Source of the DNA: Leidyana gryllorum EB-2025a
Taxonomy: Eukaryota > Protista > Apicomplexa
Length of the DNA: 42,481 nt
Assembly (NCBI GenBank): GCA_048772705.1
Contig: JBLWGC010000105.1
Location: 1-42,481 of the forward strand
Reading direction: 5' to 3'
The translations under genes and the position numbers were made by a program. Below are positions 1 to 9,259 of the stretch, in pieces (within the stretch, counting starts at the first letter, position 1; each line of letters starts with the position of its first letter). Below the pieces are notes generated by a model, which was given only the letters and a program-made list of their open reading frames with translations, searched no databases and had not been told where the DNA came from.

Positions 1-65
1 TTTTGTCCATGGAATCTCGAAACTGGTAAGACGTCTGAGGCTGAATGGGGGCGTGTTTGCAAGCG

Positions 66-137
66 TCCGAGATAGTATAGTGGTTAGTACTTCCGCCTGT
101 GACGCGGAAGACCCGGACTCGATGCCCGGTTTTGGAG
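66..137 (+). pseudogene. tRNA-Asp body with GTG anticodon, degenerate T-arm
   Basis: TCCGAGATAGTATAGTGG...CCT-GTG-ACGCGG; T-loop is ACTCGATG. Confidence 0.75.
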
Positions 138-192
138 CACAGTTGATTCCGCTTAAGATTGTCTCCTTTGGTTGCCGCTGGAAGTTGCGAGC

Positions 193-265
193 TACAGCCA
201 CCGAGGATCGAACTCGGGACCTCCTGCGTGTTAAGCAGACGTCGTGACCACTAGACCATGGCTGC
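193..265 (-). tRNA. trnV: tRNA-Val(AAC), variant
   Basis: GCAGCCATGGTCTAGTGG...TCTGC TT-AAC-AC; TTCGATC. Confidence 0.8.
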
Positions 266-328
266 ACGGAAGGTACCGCAGACCAAGAGGAGTATTGAGA
301 CTTCACAAAGTAGTGAGAACTAGTTGCG

Positions 329-400
329 AGGTCGCGCCGGGAATGGAACCCAGATCGGGAGATTCAGAGTCTCCCGTGCTAACCACTACACCACGCAACC
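329..400 (-). tRNA. trnQ: tRNA-Gln(CTG), T-loop variant
   Basis: GGTTGCGTGGTGTAGTGG...GGAGA CT-CTG-AA TCTCC; T-loop TTCCATT. Confidence 0.75.
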
Positions 401-671
401 CATTCACTCCTTCACAAAAAAGAGTTGGTAGAGCATCCGGACTAGCCCTCAACATGCAACACGCGTATCTCTACTAACCTCTCAGATATTGTAACTGGCT
501 CTTGTACTTCAGTCGACAGAGCGTGTGGTTGTAAAATACAAACCCGGAGACCCGGTCTCTGAGGCAACCTTCCCACATACTGCGGTGCCCACGTCTATCC
601 AAGGGCTACAGGGCACCTTCAAAGCTCTCAACTCTGTAGTCAAATAGCGCCAATTGCAGCACTACAAACTT

Positions 672-744
672 TGGACGACCTGGGCATTGATCCCAGTAGC
701 TCTCGCACGCTAAGCGAGCGCTTCACCATTTGAGCTAGTCGCCC
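672..744 (-). pseudogene. tRNA-Ala(AGC), degenerate
   Basis: GGGCGACTAGCTCAAATGG..., G3:U70, D-stem and loop substitutions. Confidence 0.7.
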
Positions 745-858
745 ATTCAGCAACCCGCAGTACATCCAATTCTTTTTACATGGTATGTCCAATCTCCCAA
801 CTGCATCGATCACTTTCACCAGTTGTGCTCCACTTTGCACAAACGAAGGCACGCAGGA

Positions 859-931
859 AACGGCTGGAGGGACTCGAACCCTCAACCTTTGCCTTAGGAG
901 GGCAACGCGCTATCCATTGCGCCACAACCGC
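859..931 (-). tRNA. trnR: tRNA-Arg(CCT)
   Basis: GCGGTTGTGGCGCAATGGATAGCGC; TTGCC CT-CCT-AA GGCAA; TTCGAGT. Confidence 0.92.
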
Positions 932-1030
932 ATTCGGACGCACCCGACTTTTGAGTGGGACGAAACCGGGCTGCCCCGAAGTGTCTCCTCTTTCACCCAA
1001 CCAGTATCGAGATGACCGAAGCCTATCCAT

Positions 1031-1103
1031 GGTGCGGTGGCCTAATGGATAGGGCATCGGTCTTCGGAACCGGGAGTTGTGGGTTCGAGTCCCATCCGCA
1101 TCA
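1031..1103 (+). tRNA. trnR: tRNA-Arg(TCG)
   Basis: GGTGCGGTGGCCTAATGGATAGGGC; CT-TCG-GA; GTGGGTTCGAGTCCCAT. Confidence 0.9.
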
Positions 1104-1320
1104 TAGCCTCTCACGCGGAATGCCTTCCGTTTCGACCGAGGCAAGGTTGCTAACTGTATGGGGAGCCACTGCCGCGCATGTCGAGTTGAAGTGCTAGTGA
1201 TATGATTTTCCTTCACTTGGAGGAAGTGCTTGATTCGATTCCCGAACAGTCCGTTTTTCAGGAGGTTCCAGACAGCTCGACGCAGAAACCGCCCAAGTCT
1301 CTCGGGGTGCTGCAGCTCTT

Positions 1321-1364
1321 CCGCAATTGCACTTGTGTTCTACCGCAATTGCACTTGTGGTCTA
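1321..1364 (+). repeat. 22-bp tandem duplication overlapping the 5' end of tRNA-Gly
   Basis: CCGCAATTGCACTTGTG(T/G)TCTA x2; single copy in paralogous modules. Confidence 0.85.
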
Positions 1365-1421
1365 AGGGTAAGACGCGACCCTTCCAAGGTCGTAACCCAG
1401 GTTCGAGTCTCGGCAGGTGCA
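1351..1421 (+). tRNA. trnG: tRNA-Gly(TCC), variant
   Basis: GCACTTGTGGTCTAAGGGTAAGA; CGACC CT-TCC-AA GGTCG. Confidence 0.78.
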
Positions 1422-1751
1422 ACCGTATGTAGCTCGAACGACCTGTCTACCTGAGTGCCCACACAATACAACGGTTGACAGGCGCGGGTTTCGAGCCAAC
1501 GCCCTTCCGGGCTGCGGCTTGCACACAGTGCCGTCAGACCACTCGGCCATGTTGCCAGCTTGGTCAATCTCCCGCCAACCGAGCGTTTGCTGTCTGTGGG
1601 AGCAGATCCGGGGTGCTCAAAGGTGTCAGACTCGAGTTCCGGTAAGATTGGACGACCTGGGTACCGACCCATGCGCAGCGAGCGCTCAACCATTCGAGCG
1701 ACACGCGAGAGCTGTTGCATGCAGCGGCTGACCGAGTGCCGATACAATGGC

Positions 1752-1830
1752 TGACAAGAGTGGGATTCGAACCACGCCCTTTCGGACTGCGGCCTGAACA
1801 CAGCGCCTTAGACCACTCGGCCATCTTGCC
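1752..1830 (-). tRNA. trnL: tRNA-Leu(CAG), 1-nt T-stem deletion
   Basis: GGCAAGATGGCCGAGTGG; CTGTG TT-CAG-GC CGCAG; long variable arm. Confidence 0.75.
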
Positions 1831-1921
1831 GCAGTGTTGTTGGTTCGTCCCTCCACGCGTTTTTTGTCCGTGAGCCGAAATAGAAAGACTTCTGGGATTG
1901 GAGTCCAGCGTGTTCAGAGGG

Positions 1922-1993
1922 TCCGAGTTAGTATAGTGGTTAGTGTCTCCGCCTGTCACGCAGAAGACCCGGGTTCGATTCCCGGCCTCGAAA
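1922..1993 (+). tRNA. trnD: tRNA-Asp(GTC), variant
   Basis: CT-GTC-AC; several stem mismatches. Confidence 0.7.
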
Positions 1994-2048
1994 CGCAGGT
2001 GGCTTCGCCTAAGATTTTGTCCTTTGGTTCTCGCTGAAAGTTGCGAGC

Positions 2049-2121
2049 TACAGCCACCGAGGATCGAACTCGGGACCTTCTGCGTGTGAAGCAGACGTCG
2101 TAACCACTAGACCATGGCTGC
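2049..2121 (-). tRNA. trnV: tRNA-Val(CAC)
   Basis: TCTGC TT-CAC-AC GCAGA; intact cloverleaf. Confidence 0.92.
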
Positions 2122-2493
2122 ACGGAGCTTCCGGACTGTGAGAGGGGCGTGTGTCTCGGGGAACACACGTATCATGAACGCTCCAAGTTCGAGTAGGTCA
2201 ATGCGATCCCAGTGGATTACTCCAGCATCGCCTTCTGCCCACCGGACCGCCGGACTGGAGCAGGCGTCACTGGAACTCGAGCACAGAACCCCCACTTCGC
2301 TGAAAGGATACCATATCCATCAGGCCATGGTGCCGGTCGGCGGGGGGGAAATAACACCCAAGCTTGCGGTGGGATAGAAATGGACCGCAAAAGATCCGGG
2401 AGCCTGATTGTCATCTACGGACCTGTAACCTCACAGAAATGGGACGGGCTGTAGTAGTACTCATTACTTTGTGGTCAGGAATGGAAGTGTCAC

Positions 2494-2564
2494 GCATCTG
2501 TGGTCTCTTGGTAGAATGTGTCGTTGCCACCGAGACGACCCAGGTTTGCTTCCCGGCAGATGCA
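2494..2564 (+). pseudogene. tRNA-Gly(GCC), degenerate
   Basis: GCATCTG...CAGATGCA with damaged D- and T-loops. Confidence 0.7.
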
Positions 2565-2632
2565 GAGGAGATGGCACAAGGTTGATTGCGCCTTCTACGT
2601 GAATTGGTGTCTGACCCTCCAGTCACATCGCA

Positions 2633-2713
2633 CGACAACTGCTCGATTTGAACCAGCGAGGGCCAGGCCCAGTAGATTTCTAAACTACCCCCTTAACCAC
2701 TCGGCAAGTTGCC
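2633..2713 (-). pseudogene. tRNA-Ser(AGA), degenerate
   Basis: GGCAACTTG...GTTGTCG; deletion in D-stem, mismatches. Confidence 0.7.
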
Positions 2714-2948
2714 ACCTGTCGGACTTGGCATCTTGCGCCCCGTGGCTTCACATACGGTTCAGCAAGCTTGAGTCGGACTGCTCGCGCTGCTCGAAGCCGC
2801 GGTCTCTCCATTGAAAGTCTAGGGGTCTACCGACGAAGCTGGCGCGGCAAGGAAGCTCGGACTTAGTAACTAGTTCCTCCCGTATTGGTCGCAGAATGTT
2901 GGGGCTTCCTCGGGTCCAGGGCAACTATTTATCAGAGATCCACTCACT

Positions 2949-3022
2949 TGGTCACGCCCGGGCTCGAACCGGGGACCTTGAGCTTATTAGGCTCACGCTC
3001 TAACCGACTGAGCTACGCGACC
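2949..3022 (-). tRNA. trnI: tRNA-Ile(AAT)
   Basis: GGTCGCGTAGCTCAGTCGGTTAGAGC; TGAGC CT-AAT-AA GCTCA. Confidence 0.93.
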
Positions 3023-3404
3023 ACTTCTGCGACGACAGATGGCGCCGACCCGGATGCTGGATCCCCCCTGAGCTAGAATCAAACATCAGAGCCATTCAGA
3101 CACTGGCAAGAAGCTGTAGACAGCGCAAAGCGCTGGAAGGGCGTCGGCCCGAATCCCACTCTTCTCAGGTTGCGCCCCGTACGGGAAGAACATGAGGTCT
3201 AATTGAGTGATTCGAACGCCCAATTTTCTAAGCTGAAGTCAGACCCGCTATGTTCCGCCACAGGCCCCGCTCCAGACTCATTGCATCGTGATCAGGAATG
3301 GAGATCCAACATCTTTGAGCGTTTCAGGTCATCTTCAGAGCACCCGCGGAGTTCAAACACGGGCTTGCGCTGATATGCAGTCAGCTGCTAAACCACTGAG
3401 CTAT

Positions 3405-3452
3405 GTACCCACGAACTGTACGTACCCACAAACTGTACGTACCCACAAACTG
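3405..3452 (+). repeat. 17-bp tandem repeat (~2.8 copies) at the 5' end of a Cys relic
   Basis: GTACCCAC(G/A)AACTGTAC units. Confidence 0.85.
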
Positions 3453-3548
3453 CCCGTCATGGTCGTTCAACCCAGTTTTATGCATCCCTTCGTTCAGAAA
3501 AATAAAAACGGCCGTTACCGTGTACGAGCTTCAACAACAAGGTGACAC

Positions 3549-3619
3549 GCATCTGTGGTCTAGTGGTAGAATGTCTCGTTGCCATCGAGACGACCCGGGT
3601 TCGATTCCCGGCAGATGCA
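3549..3619 (+). tRNA. trnG: tRNA-Gly(GCC)
   Basis: GCATCTGTGGTCTAGTGGTAGAAT; TCTCG TT-GCC-AT CGAGA. Confidence 0.93.
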
Positions 3620-3683
3620 GAGGAGATGACACATGGTTGAGTTTTATGCGTGAGTTGGTGTTTGACCCTCCGATCACATCGCA

Positions 3684-3765
3684 CGACGACTGCTGGATTT
3701 GAACCAGCGCGGGCCAGGCCCAGTAGATTTCGAGTCTACCCCCTTAACCACTCGGGCAAGTTGCC
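3684..3765 (-). tRNA. trnS: tRNA-Ser(CGA)
   Basis: GTAGA CT-CGA-AA TCTAC; long variable arm; one acceptor mismatch. Confidence 0.85.
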
Positions 3766-3961
3766 AACGGTCGAACTCGGCATCCCGCGAACAGTGGCTT
3801 CACATACGGTTCAGCAAGCTTGACTCATGCCCTGTCTCAAATAAGATAACGAGTCTTTCGAACTCCACCTGCCACGTCACTCGACAGCTGCTAGATTCGA
3901 ACCAGTGGGGCCAGGCGATACTGACGACTCAGGCGTTTGAGACAGTGAGGCTGCGGATTGT

Positions 3962-4034
3962 GCGGTGGTGGCGCAATGGATAGCGAGTTGCCCTCCGGAG
4001 GCAAAGGTTGTGGGTACGAGTCCCGCCCACCGTT
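3962..4034 (+). tRNA. trnR: tRNA-Arg(CCG), variant
   Basis: TTGCC CT-CCG-GA GGCAA; T-loop TACGAGT. Confidence 0.72.
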
Positions 4035-4299
4035 CTTGTGGTCTCGCTCAACAGTGGATTCGAGAAGAGTGGCTGCCATTCGGAGCCATGCAGACGTGCG
4101 CCATCCAAACTCAAGTTCGGGACCGCGGGCCACCACGCGATCTGTGCACTCTACCCTTTGAGCTAGCGGTCTCCAACTTCGAAGAGCTATTGCATGCCGT
4201 GCTTGGAGTGGACGATTGCCCATTGAAAATCTGCGGAACGCTGCTGGCAAGCTCGAGTCGCACGGCTGCGAGGGATGACACCAAATGTCACAACCTCTC

Positions 4300-4372
4300 T
4301 GCCTCGGCCGTGGGTCGAAGACGGGACTTTCAGATCTTCAGTCTGGCGCTTTCCCAACTGAGCTACCGAGGC
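4300..4372 (-). tRNA. trnF: tRNA-Phe(GAA), variant
   Basis: GCCTCGGTAGCTCAGTTGGG; CT-GAA-GA; stem mismatches. Confidence 0.72.
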
Positions 4373-4460
4373 GGTAGGTAGGCACGGGAGGCGGTGAAAA
4401 TAAGCACTTATCGCGGCCGTATGTGGGGCCACTCCTCGCCGCATGCCGGAATGGACAGTT

Positions 4461-4543
4461 GCCAACTTGCCCGAGTGGGGAAGGGGGGTAGATTGGAATT
4501 CAACTGGGCCTGGGCCGCGCTGGTGCAGATCCAGCAGTTGTCG
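4461..4543 (+). pseudogene. tRNA-Ser relic
   Basis: Ser body with damaged anticodon arm and T-loop. Confidence 0.65.
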
Positions 4544-4647
4544 TGCGATGTGATTGGAGGGGTCACACGCCAACTCACGCATGAATTCTGTGGTGGAAAT
4601 GATGCAATTCCCAGCATCAAAAACTCATATGGGTCGAGACAGGGAAT

Positions 4648-4719
4648 GCCTCCTTAGCTTAGGGGCAGAGCATTCGCTTTGTAAGCGAAAGGTCGCTGGT
4701 TCGATTCTGGCAGGAGGCT
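4648..4719 (+). tRNA. trnT: tRNA-Thr(TGT)
   Basis: GCCTCCT/AGGAGGC acceptor (compensatory change relative to the AGT family); TTCGC TT-TGT-AA GCGAA. Confidence 0.82.
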
Positions 4720-5287
4720 TCAGTCATTAGCCTAAACATGGTTGCGATCATCCGCCCGCATTTTCGGACGGCGGCTTGCACAGCACTCCATCTTGCCGAA
4801 GTGTTACCCGTTTCCTGTCCGTGTTAGACAGCCTATCGATGGATCAAAGGGCACAAAACCCGATAGCCTGACATGTGAAGTGGCTCCACTCCCAGAGCTG
4901 GAACTTCCGTAGTATGTGGGAGCCGCGTGTCAGCCCAACAGACTACAAAGGTTGGAGTGACGGGACAGAAAGCGAGCTGGCAACATGGCCAAATGCACTA
5001 CTTTGTGAAACCTCACCACTCCTCTTGGGCTGCGGGGACCATCCGTGCAGCTATGATCTAGTGGTCACGACGTACACGGCCGTTTTGCTTCAAGTGAGGA
5101 GGCAGGATCGAGTTGAGTGAGTATGAAGCTTACAAGGCAATCCAAGAAGGAAATCACACATCTAAGCCCGTTGAGGGAGGTTGTTGAAGTACTCCAAGGA
5201 CTTCCACTGCCCCTCATGTGATCGAGACAGGGCCTGCCTGGTTAGCTGAGGGGCGAGGAATTCTGACACCAGATGTCACGACCTCTC

Positions 5288-5360
5288 TGCCTCGGCCGTG
5301 GATCGAACACGGGACTTCCAGATCTTCAGTCTGGCGCTCTCCCAACTGAGCTACCGAGGC
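5288..5360 (-). tRNA. trnF: tRNA-Phe(GAA)
   Basis: CCAGA CT-GAA-GA TCTGG; intact. Confidence 0.93.
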
Positions 5361-5465
5361 GCTAGAAAGTCATGGAAGGCGGTGAAAATAAGCACTTAGC
5401 GCGACCGTATGTGGGGCCAACTTACGCATGAATTGTTGGAATGGCAAAAACAAGCACGTGTCGTC

Positions 5466-5536
5466 TGCATCTGCCGGGAATCGAACCCGGGTCGTCTCGA
5501 TGGCAACGAGACATTCTACCACTAGACCACAGATGC
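5466..5536 (-). tRNA. trnG: tRNA-Gly(GCC)
   Basis: Same sequence as 3549-3619. Confidence 0.93.
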
Positions 5537-5705
5537 GTGACACCTTGTTGTTGAAGCTCGTACACGGTAACGGCCGTTTTCCTGAACGAATGGAATGTCC
5601 GTGGCGTGTTCAGAGCGTCCGAGATAGTGGTTACTATTTTCGCATGTCACGCCTAAGAAGCGGGCCCGATTGCCGGTAAATGAGTCTGGAACGGGGGATG
5701 GTTTT

Positions 5706-5777
5706 GAGCCTATGGCGCAACGGTAGCGCGTCTGACTCCAGATCAGAAGGTTGGGTGTTCGAATCACTCTGGGCTCA
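5706..5777 (+). tRNA. trnW: tRNA-Trp(CCA)
   Basis: TCTGA CT-CCA-GA TCAGA; T5 run ~14 nt downstream. Confidence 0.92.
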
Positions 5778-5813
5778 ACCGGACTCTATGTTTTTCCCGT
5801 TTGGGGCGCAACC

Positions 5814-5893
5814 TGACAAAAGTGGGATTCGAACCCACGACCTTTCGGACTCCGGTCTGAGCACAGCGCCTCAGACCACTCGGTCATCTTGCC
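5814..5893 (-). pseudogene. tRNA-Leu(CAG), degenerate
   Basis: Leu body with D-stem and anticodon-stem mismatches. Confidence 0.7.
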
Positions 5894-5987
5894 GGGATGT
5901 TGTTGGCTCGCCGCTCCACGCGTTTTCTATCCCTGGAATCTCAAGATGGAAGGACTTTTGGGGTTTCAGGCCGGTGTGTTCGGAGCG

Positions 5988-6059
5988 TCCGAGATAGTAT
6001 AGTGGTTAGTATTTCCGCCTGTCACGCGGAAGACCCGGGTTCGATTCCCGCTCTCGGAG
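5988..6059 (+). tRNA. trnD: tRNA-Asp(GTC)
   Basis: TCCGC CT-GTC-AC GCGGA; one T-stem mismatch. Confidence 0.87.
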
Positions 6060-6344
6060 CAGTTCCAGCCCTCACAACTGGTGCAACTCAGATTTTGTCA
6101 TTCGGGATTGTACGAGTGGGAGCCGCGTATAGTAGCCGACCTTGGAGAGACGTGGCATTGAACCCAGGACTTCTTCCAGCCGAAGAAAGAATCATATAAC
6201 TAGACCAAACAGCCCCCTGTGGGTGCCTCAGGTACTGGCAGGTTCCAAACCTGCGACTTCGTGGCTGAGAGACTTACCTCTGATGGCTGAGCTACGATTA
6301 TTGGAGTTTGCGAGCAGCTTGCCGGTACCCAGTCGATGCAGTCG

Positions 6345-6416
6345 AGCCTTCAGCCGGAATCGAACCGGCGACTTCTCGCTTACGAAGCGAACGCTCTGCC
6401 CCTAAACTAAGAAGGC
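6345..6416 (-). tRNA. trnT: tRNA-Thr(CGT), variant
   Basis: TTCGC TT-CGT-AA GCGAG. Confidence 0.75.
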
Positions 6417-6492
6417 AATGGAAGCCGGAGATGACGAAACAATCGCTATTGACGGAGATTAGTGGAGCACTTTGCTAGAGTAGTTCAGTGAC

Positions 6493-6565
6493 TTCCACTG
6501 CCGGGACTTGAACCCGGATCGTGCGGGTGAAAGCCGCATATCCTAGCCACTTAGACTACAGTGGA
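6493..6565 (-). tRNA. trnE: tRNA-Glu(TTC)
   Basis: TCCACTGTAGTCTAAGTGGCTAGGAT; TGCGG CT-TTC-AC CCGCA. Confidence 0.92.
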
Positions 6566-6869
6566 CGAGTGGTTGAGTTGGGGCTTCGGCCGAGAGCCGT
6601 ACCGTCTTGGAAAACATGGTATGTCGGCGTGATCAAGTGAGTGGATCTCTGATACAGATTCGGACTTAGTAACCAATTCCATTTGTATTGATCGTGGAAT
6701 CTTGGGCCTTCCTCGGGTACGGGGCGAGCTTCCTTGCCGCCCCAACTCCGTCAGTAGAGCGCAAGACTTTTGAAGGGAGATCCGCGGGTTTGGGCGGCGC
6801 GAGCAGTCCTAGTAAAGCTCGCTGAACCGTATGTGAAGCCACTGGCCGCAAAATGCCAAGTTCGACAGC

Positions 6870-6951
6870 GGCAACTTGCCCGAGTGGTTAAGGGGGTAGA
6901 CTCGAAATCTACTGGGCCGGGCCCGCGCTGGTTCAAATCCAGCAGTTGTCG
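6870..6951 (+). tRNA. trnS: tRNA-Ser(CGA)
   Basis: Intact; CT-CGA-AA. Confidence 0.92.
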
Positions 6952-7027
6952 TGCGATGTGATCGGGCATCAACTCCCTTCGGTCGTGACTCTGTTTTCAT
7001 ATACCGCGGGTGCAGCCGTTAGAGGCT

Positions 7028-7100
7028 TGGACGACCTGGGCATCGATCCCAGTATCTCTCGCATGTTAAGCGAGTGCTATGTCATTTGAGCTAGTGGCCC
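7028..7100 (-). pseudogene. tRNA-Ala body with AAC anticodon
   Basis: G3:U70 retained; CTCGC TT-AAC-AT GCGAG; D-loop GG lost. Confidence 0.7.
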
Positions 7101-7188
7101 GCTTTGCAGACACCATAGCATTTAGTGGTTCTTGACATATTATGACCAGTGTCCCGACTCTACCAGCAATTTGCACCACCGACCAGTC

Positions 7189-7260
7189 GGCTGTTTGGTC
7201 TAGTGGTGTGATCCTTCCTTAGGGTGGAAGGAGTCCTGGGTTCGATTCCCAGAACAGCCC
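7189..7260 (+). tRNA. trnP: tRNA-Pro(AGG)
   Basis: GGCTGTTTGGTCTAGTGG; CTTCC TT-AGG-GT GGAAG. Confidence 0.88.
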
Positions 7261-7430
7261 TTTGCTAGGCTCTGACGAGGGTCTAGCAGAGTTGATACCC
7301 GTGTCTCAAATAAGGTAAGGAGTCTTTCGAAGTCCGCCTACTACGTCCACTTGACAACTGCTGAATCGAACCAGCGGGGCCAGGCGATATCACCGACTCA
7401 GGGGTCGCAGACAGTGAGGCTGTGGATTGT

Positions 7431-7503
7431 GCGGTGATGGCGCAATGGATAGCGTGTTGCCCTCCGGAGGCAAAGGTTGTGGGTTTGAGTCCCGCCCACC
7501 GTT
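7431..7503 (+). tRNA. trnR: tRNA-Arg(CCG), variant
   Basis: CT-CCG-GA; T-loop TTTGAGT. Confidence 0.7.
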
Positions 7504-7826
7504 CTCGTGGTCTCGCTCTACAGCGGAATCGACAAGAGTGGCTGACATTCCGAGCCATGCAGACTTACGCGATCCAAATTCGAGTTTGGCATCTCCGACC
7601 ACCCCGCGATCTGTGCCGCAGTGTTGAGCTTGAGAGCTCGAAGTGCCACTGTTGAGGAACCGAGTCGGGGAAAGTTCAGTTGGGTTTGGCGGGTTGGCGG
7701 CTATTTCAAGTGGTAGAGAGGTGACTTTGCACGCCAAACGTGTAGTGGTTGATAGCCAGATCGGGGAGCTCTTCAATCAAAAAGACGCCTGTATCATTTC
7801 TATAAGTGTGTCCTCCTGCTGACGCT

Positions 7827-7898
7827 TAGCAGTGCGTCGTTTCGACCGACGGACATTCCTGTCATGAGCCCAACACTCTCCAACTGAGCCACGCTGCT
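7827..7898 (-). pseudogene. initiator tRNA-Met, degenerate
   Basis: AGCAGCG...CACTGCTA; broken anticodon stem. Confidence 0.68.
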
Positions 7899-7987
7899 CA
7901 GTGTCCAACATGAAAGAGGGAGCCGAAACGCGTGCTGTGCCGACTGATTCCACAGTACTGGGGGCTGTACCGGGATGGTGGGTTGTC

Positions 7988-8059
7988 GGCTGTTTGGTCT
8001 AGTGGTATGATTCGTCCTTCGGGTGGAAGAAGTCCTGGGCTCGAATCCCAGAACAGCCC
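7988..8059 (+). pseudogene. tRNA-Pro(CGG), degenerate
   Basis: T-loop CTCGAAT; stem mismatch. Confidence 0.68.
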
Positions 8060-8129
8060 GGTTTGTTGTATCTTGACCCAACCTGGCTGGCAGCATGCTT
8101 GTGGGTAATTCTTCGGAAAAAGTCGGAGG

Positions 8130-8202
8130 GGAAGTGTAGCGCGGTCGGTGGCGCGAAGGTCTCATAATCCTGAAGTCGAGAGTTCGATCCTCTCCATTCC
8201 CA
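8130..8202 (+). pseudogene. elongator tRNA-Met(CAT), degenerate
   Basis: CT-CAT-AA; multiple substitutions relative to 29396-29468. Confidence 0.7.
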
Positions 8203-8367
8203 GGGTCGGAATCGGAACCGCCGACAAACTCATCATGCTATCGTTTTGCATCTGTCGGGAATCGGACACGGGTTATCTCGATGGTAGCGAGAGAAGATAC
8301 AGAACAGGACCCTGTTCAATCTTGTACGTGGTGACAGCCATTTCTTATAAGCCTATCGATGCATCAA

Positions 8368-8439
8368 AGCCTTCTGCCGGAATCGAACCGGCGACCTTTC
8401 GCTTACTAAGCGAATGCTCTGCCCCTAAGCTAAGAAGGC
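8368..8439 (-). tRNA. trnT: tRNA-Thr(AGT)
   Basis: GCCTTCTTAGCTTAGGGGCAGAGC; TTCGC TT-AGT-AA GCGAA. Confidence 0.92.
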
Positions 8440-8566
8440 AATGTTAGCTGGAGATCACGCATCAGTCCCTATTGACTGAAGTTACTGGAGCACATTGCAC
8501 CGGTTCAATGACTTCCACTGCTCCACCCAACGGTAAATAGGGTGTAACTAAGCTTAGAGCTTCCTT

Positions 8567-8639
8567 GCCGCCCTAGCTCAGTTGGTAGAGCGCAAGACTT
8601 TTAATCTTGCAGTCGCGGGTTCGAGCCCCGCGGGCGGTG
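8567..8639 (+). tRNA. trnK: tRNA-Lys(TTT)
   Basis: CAAGA CT-TTT-AA TCTTG; intact. Confidence 0.92.
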
Positions 8640-8820
8640 CGAGGCAAGCTTATTAGCCGTATGAGGAGCCACTGCCGCGCATGTCGAGTTGAAATGCTAG
8701 TGGTATGATGTTCCTTCGCGGAGAAGTGCTCGATTCAACTCCCAAAAAGTCCGTTTTGGAGTAGGTTGCAGACAGCTCAACCGCTCGAGTATCTTTGGCT
8801 GCTGCAGCTCTTCCGCAATT

Positions 8821-8891
8821 GCACTTGTGGTCTAAGGGTAAGATGCGACCCTTCCAAGGTCGTGACCCGGGTTAGAGTCCCGGCAGGTGCA
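8821..8891 (+). tRNA. trnG: tRNA-Gly(TCC), T-loop variant
   Basis: CT-TCC-AA; T-loop TTAGAGT. Confidence 0.75.
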
Positions 8892-9179
8892 GCAGTATGT
8901 AGGTCGAACGACCTGTCTATCAGTCAAGTGAGGGGACTGAGTCCAATACAATACTTGACAAGCGCGGGATTCCAATCAACGCCTTTTCGGACTGCGGCAT
9001 GCACACAGTGCCTTCAGACCACTCGCCCATGTTGCCAGCTCGGTGAATTGCCGCCAACCAAGCGTTTCCTCTCTGTGGAAGCAGATCCGGGTGCTCCGAG
9101 GTGCCAGACTCGAGTTCCGGTGAGATTGACGACCTGGGTACCGACCATCCAGCGGCTGGCCGAGTGCCGATACAACGGC

Positions 9180-9259
9180 TGACTAGGGTGGGATTCAAAC
9201 CCACGGCCTTCCGAACTGCGGCCTGAACACAGCGCCCTAGACCACTCGGCTATCTTGCC
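9180..9259 (-). pseudogene. tRNA-Leu(CAG), degenerate
   Basis: Leu body with multiple mismatches. Confidence 0.7.

Noticed and set aside
66-137. True tRNA-His(GTG)
   Set aside because: The body is Asp with a broken T-arm. The real His body is different (28347-28418).
2120-2460. Possible snRNA, 5S rRNA or other ncRNA in seemingly unique spacer
   Set aside because: It contains a decayed Arg-ACG relic on the minus strand (~2262-2334), and I recognised no U-snRNA or 5S motif. An Rfam scan would be needed to exclude one fully.
5706-5777. UGA-reading tRNA-Trp with a shortened 4-bp anticodon stem, as in Blastocrithidia
   Set aside because: The anticodon stem is a full 5 bp (TCTGA/TCAGA).
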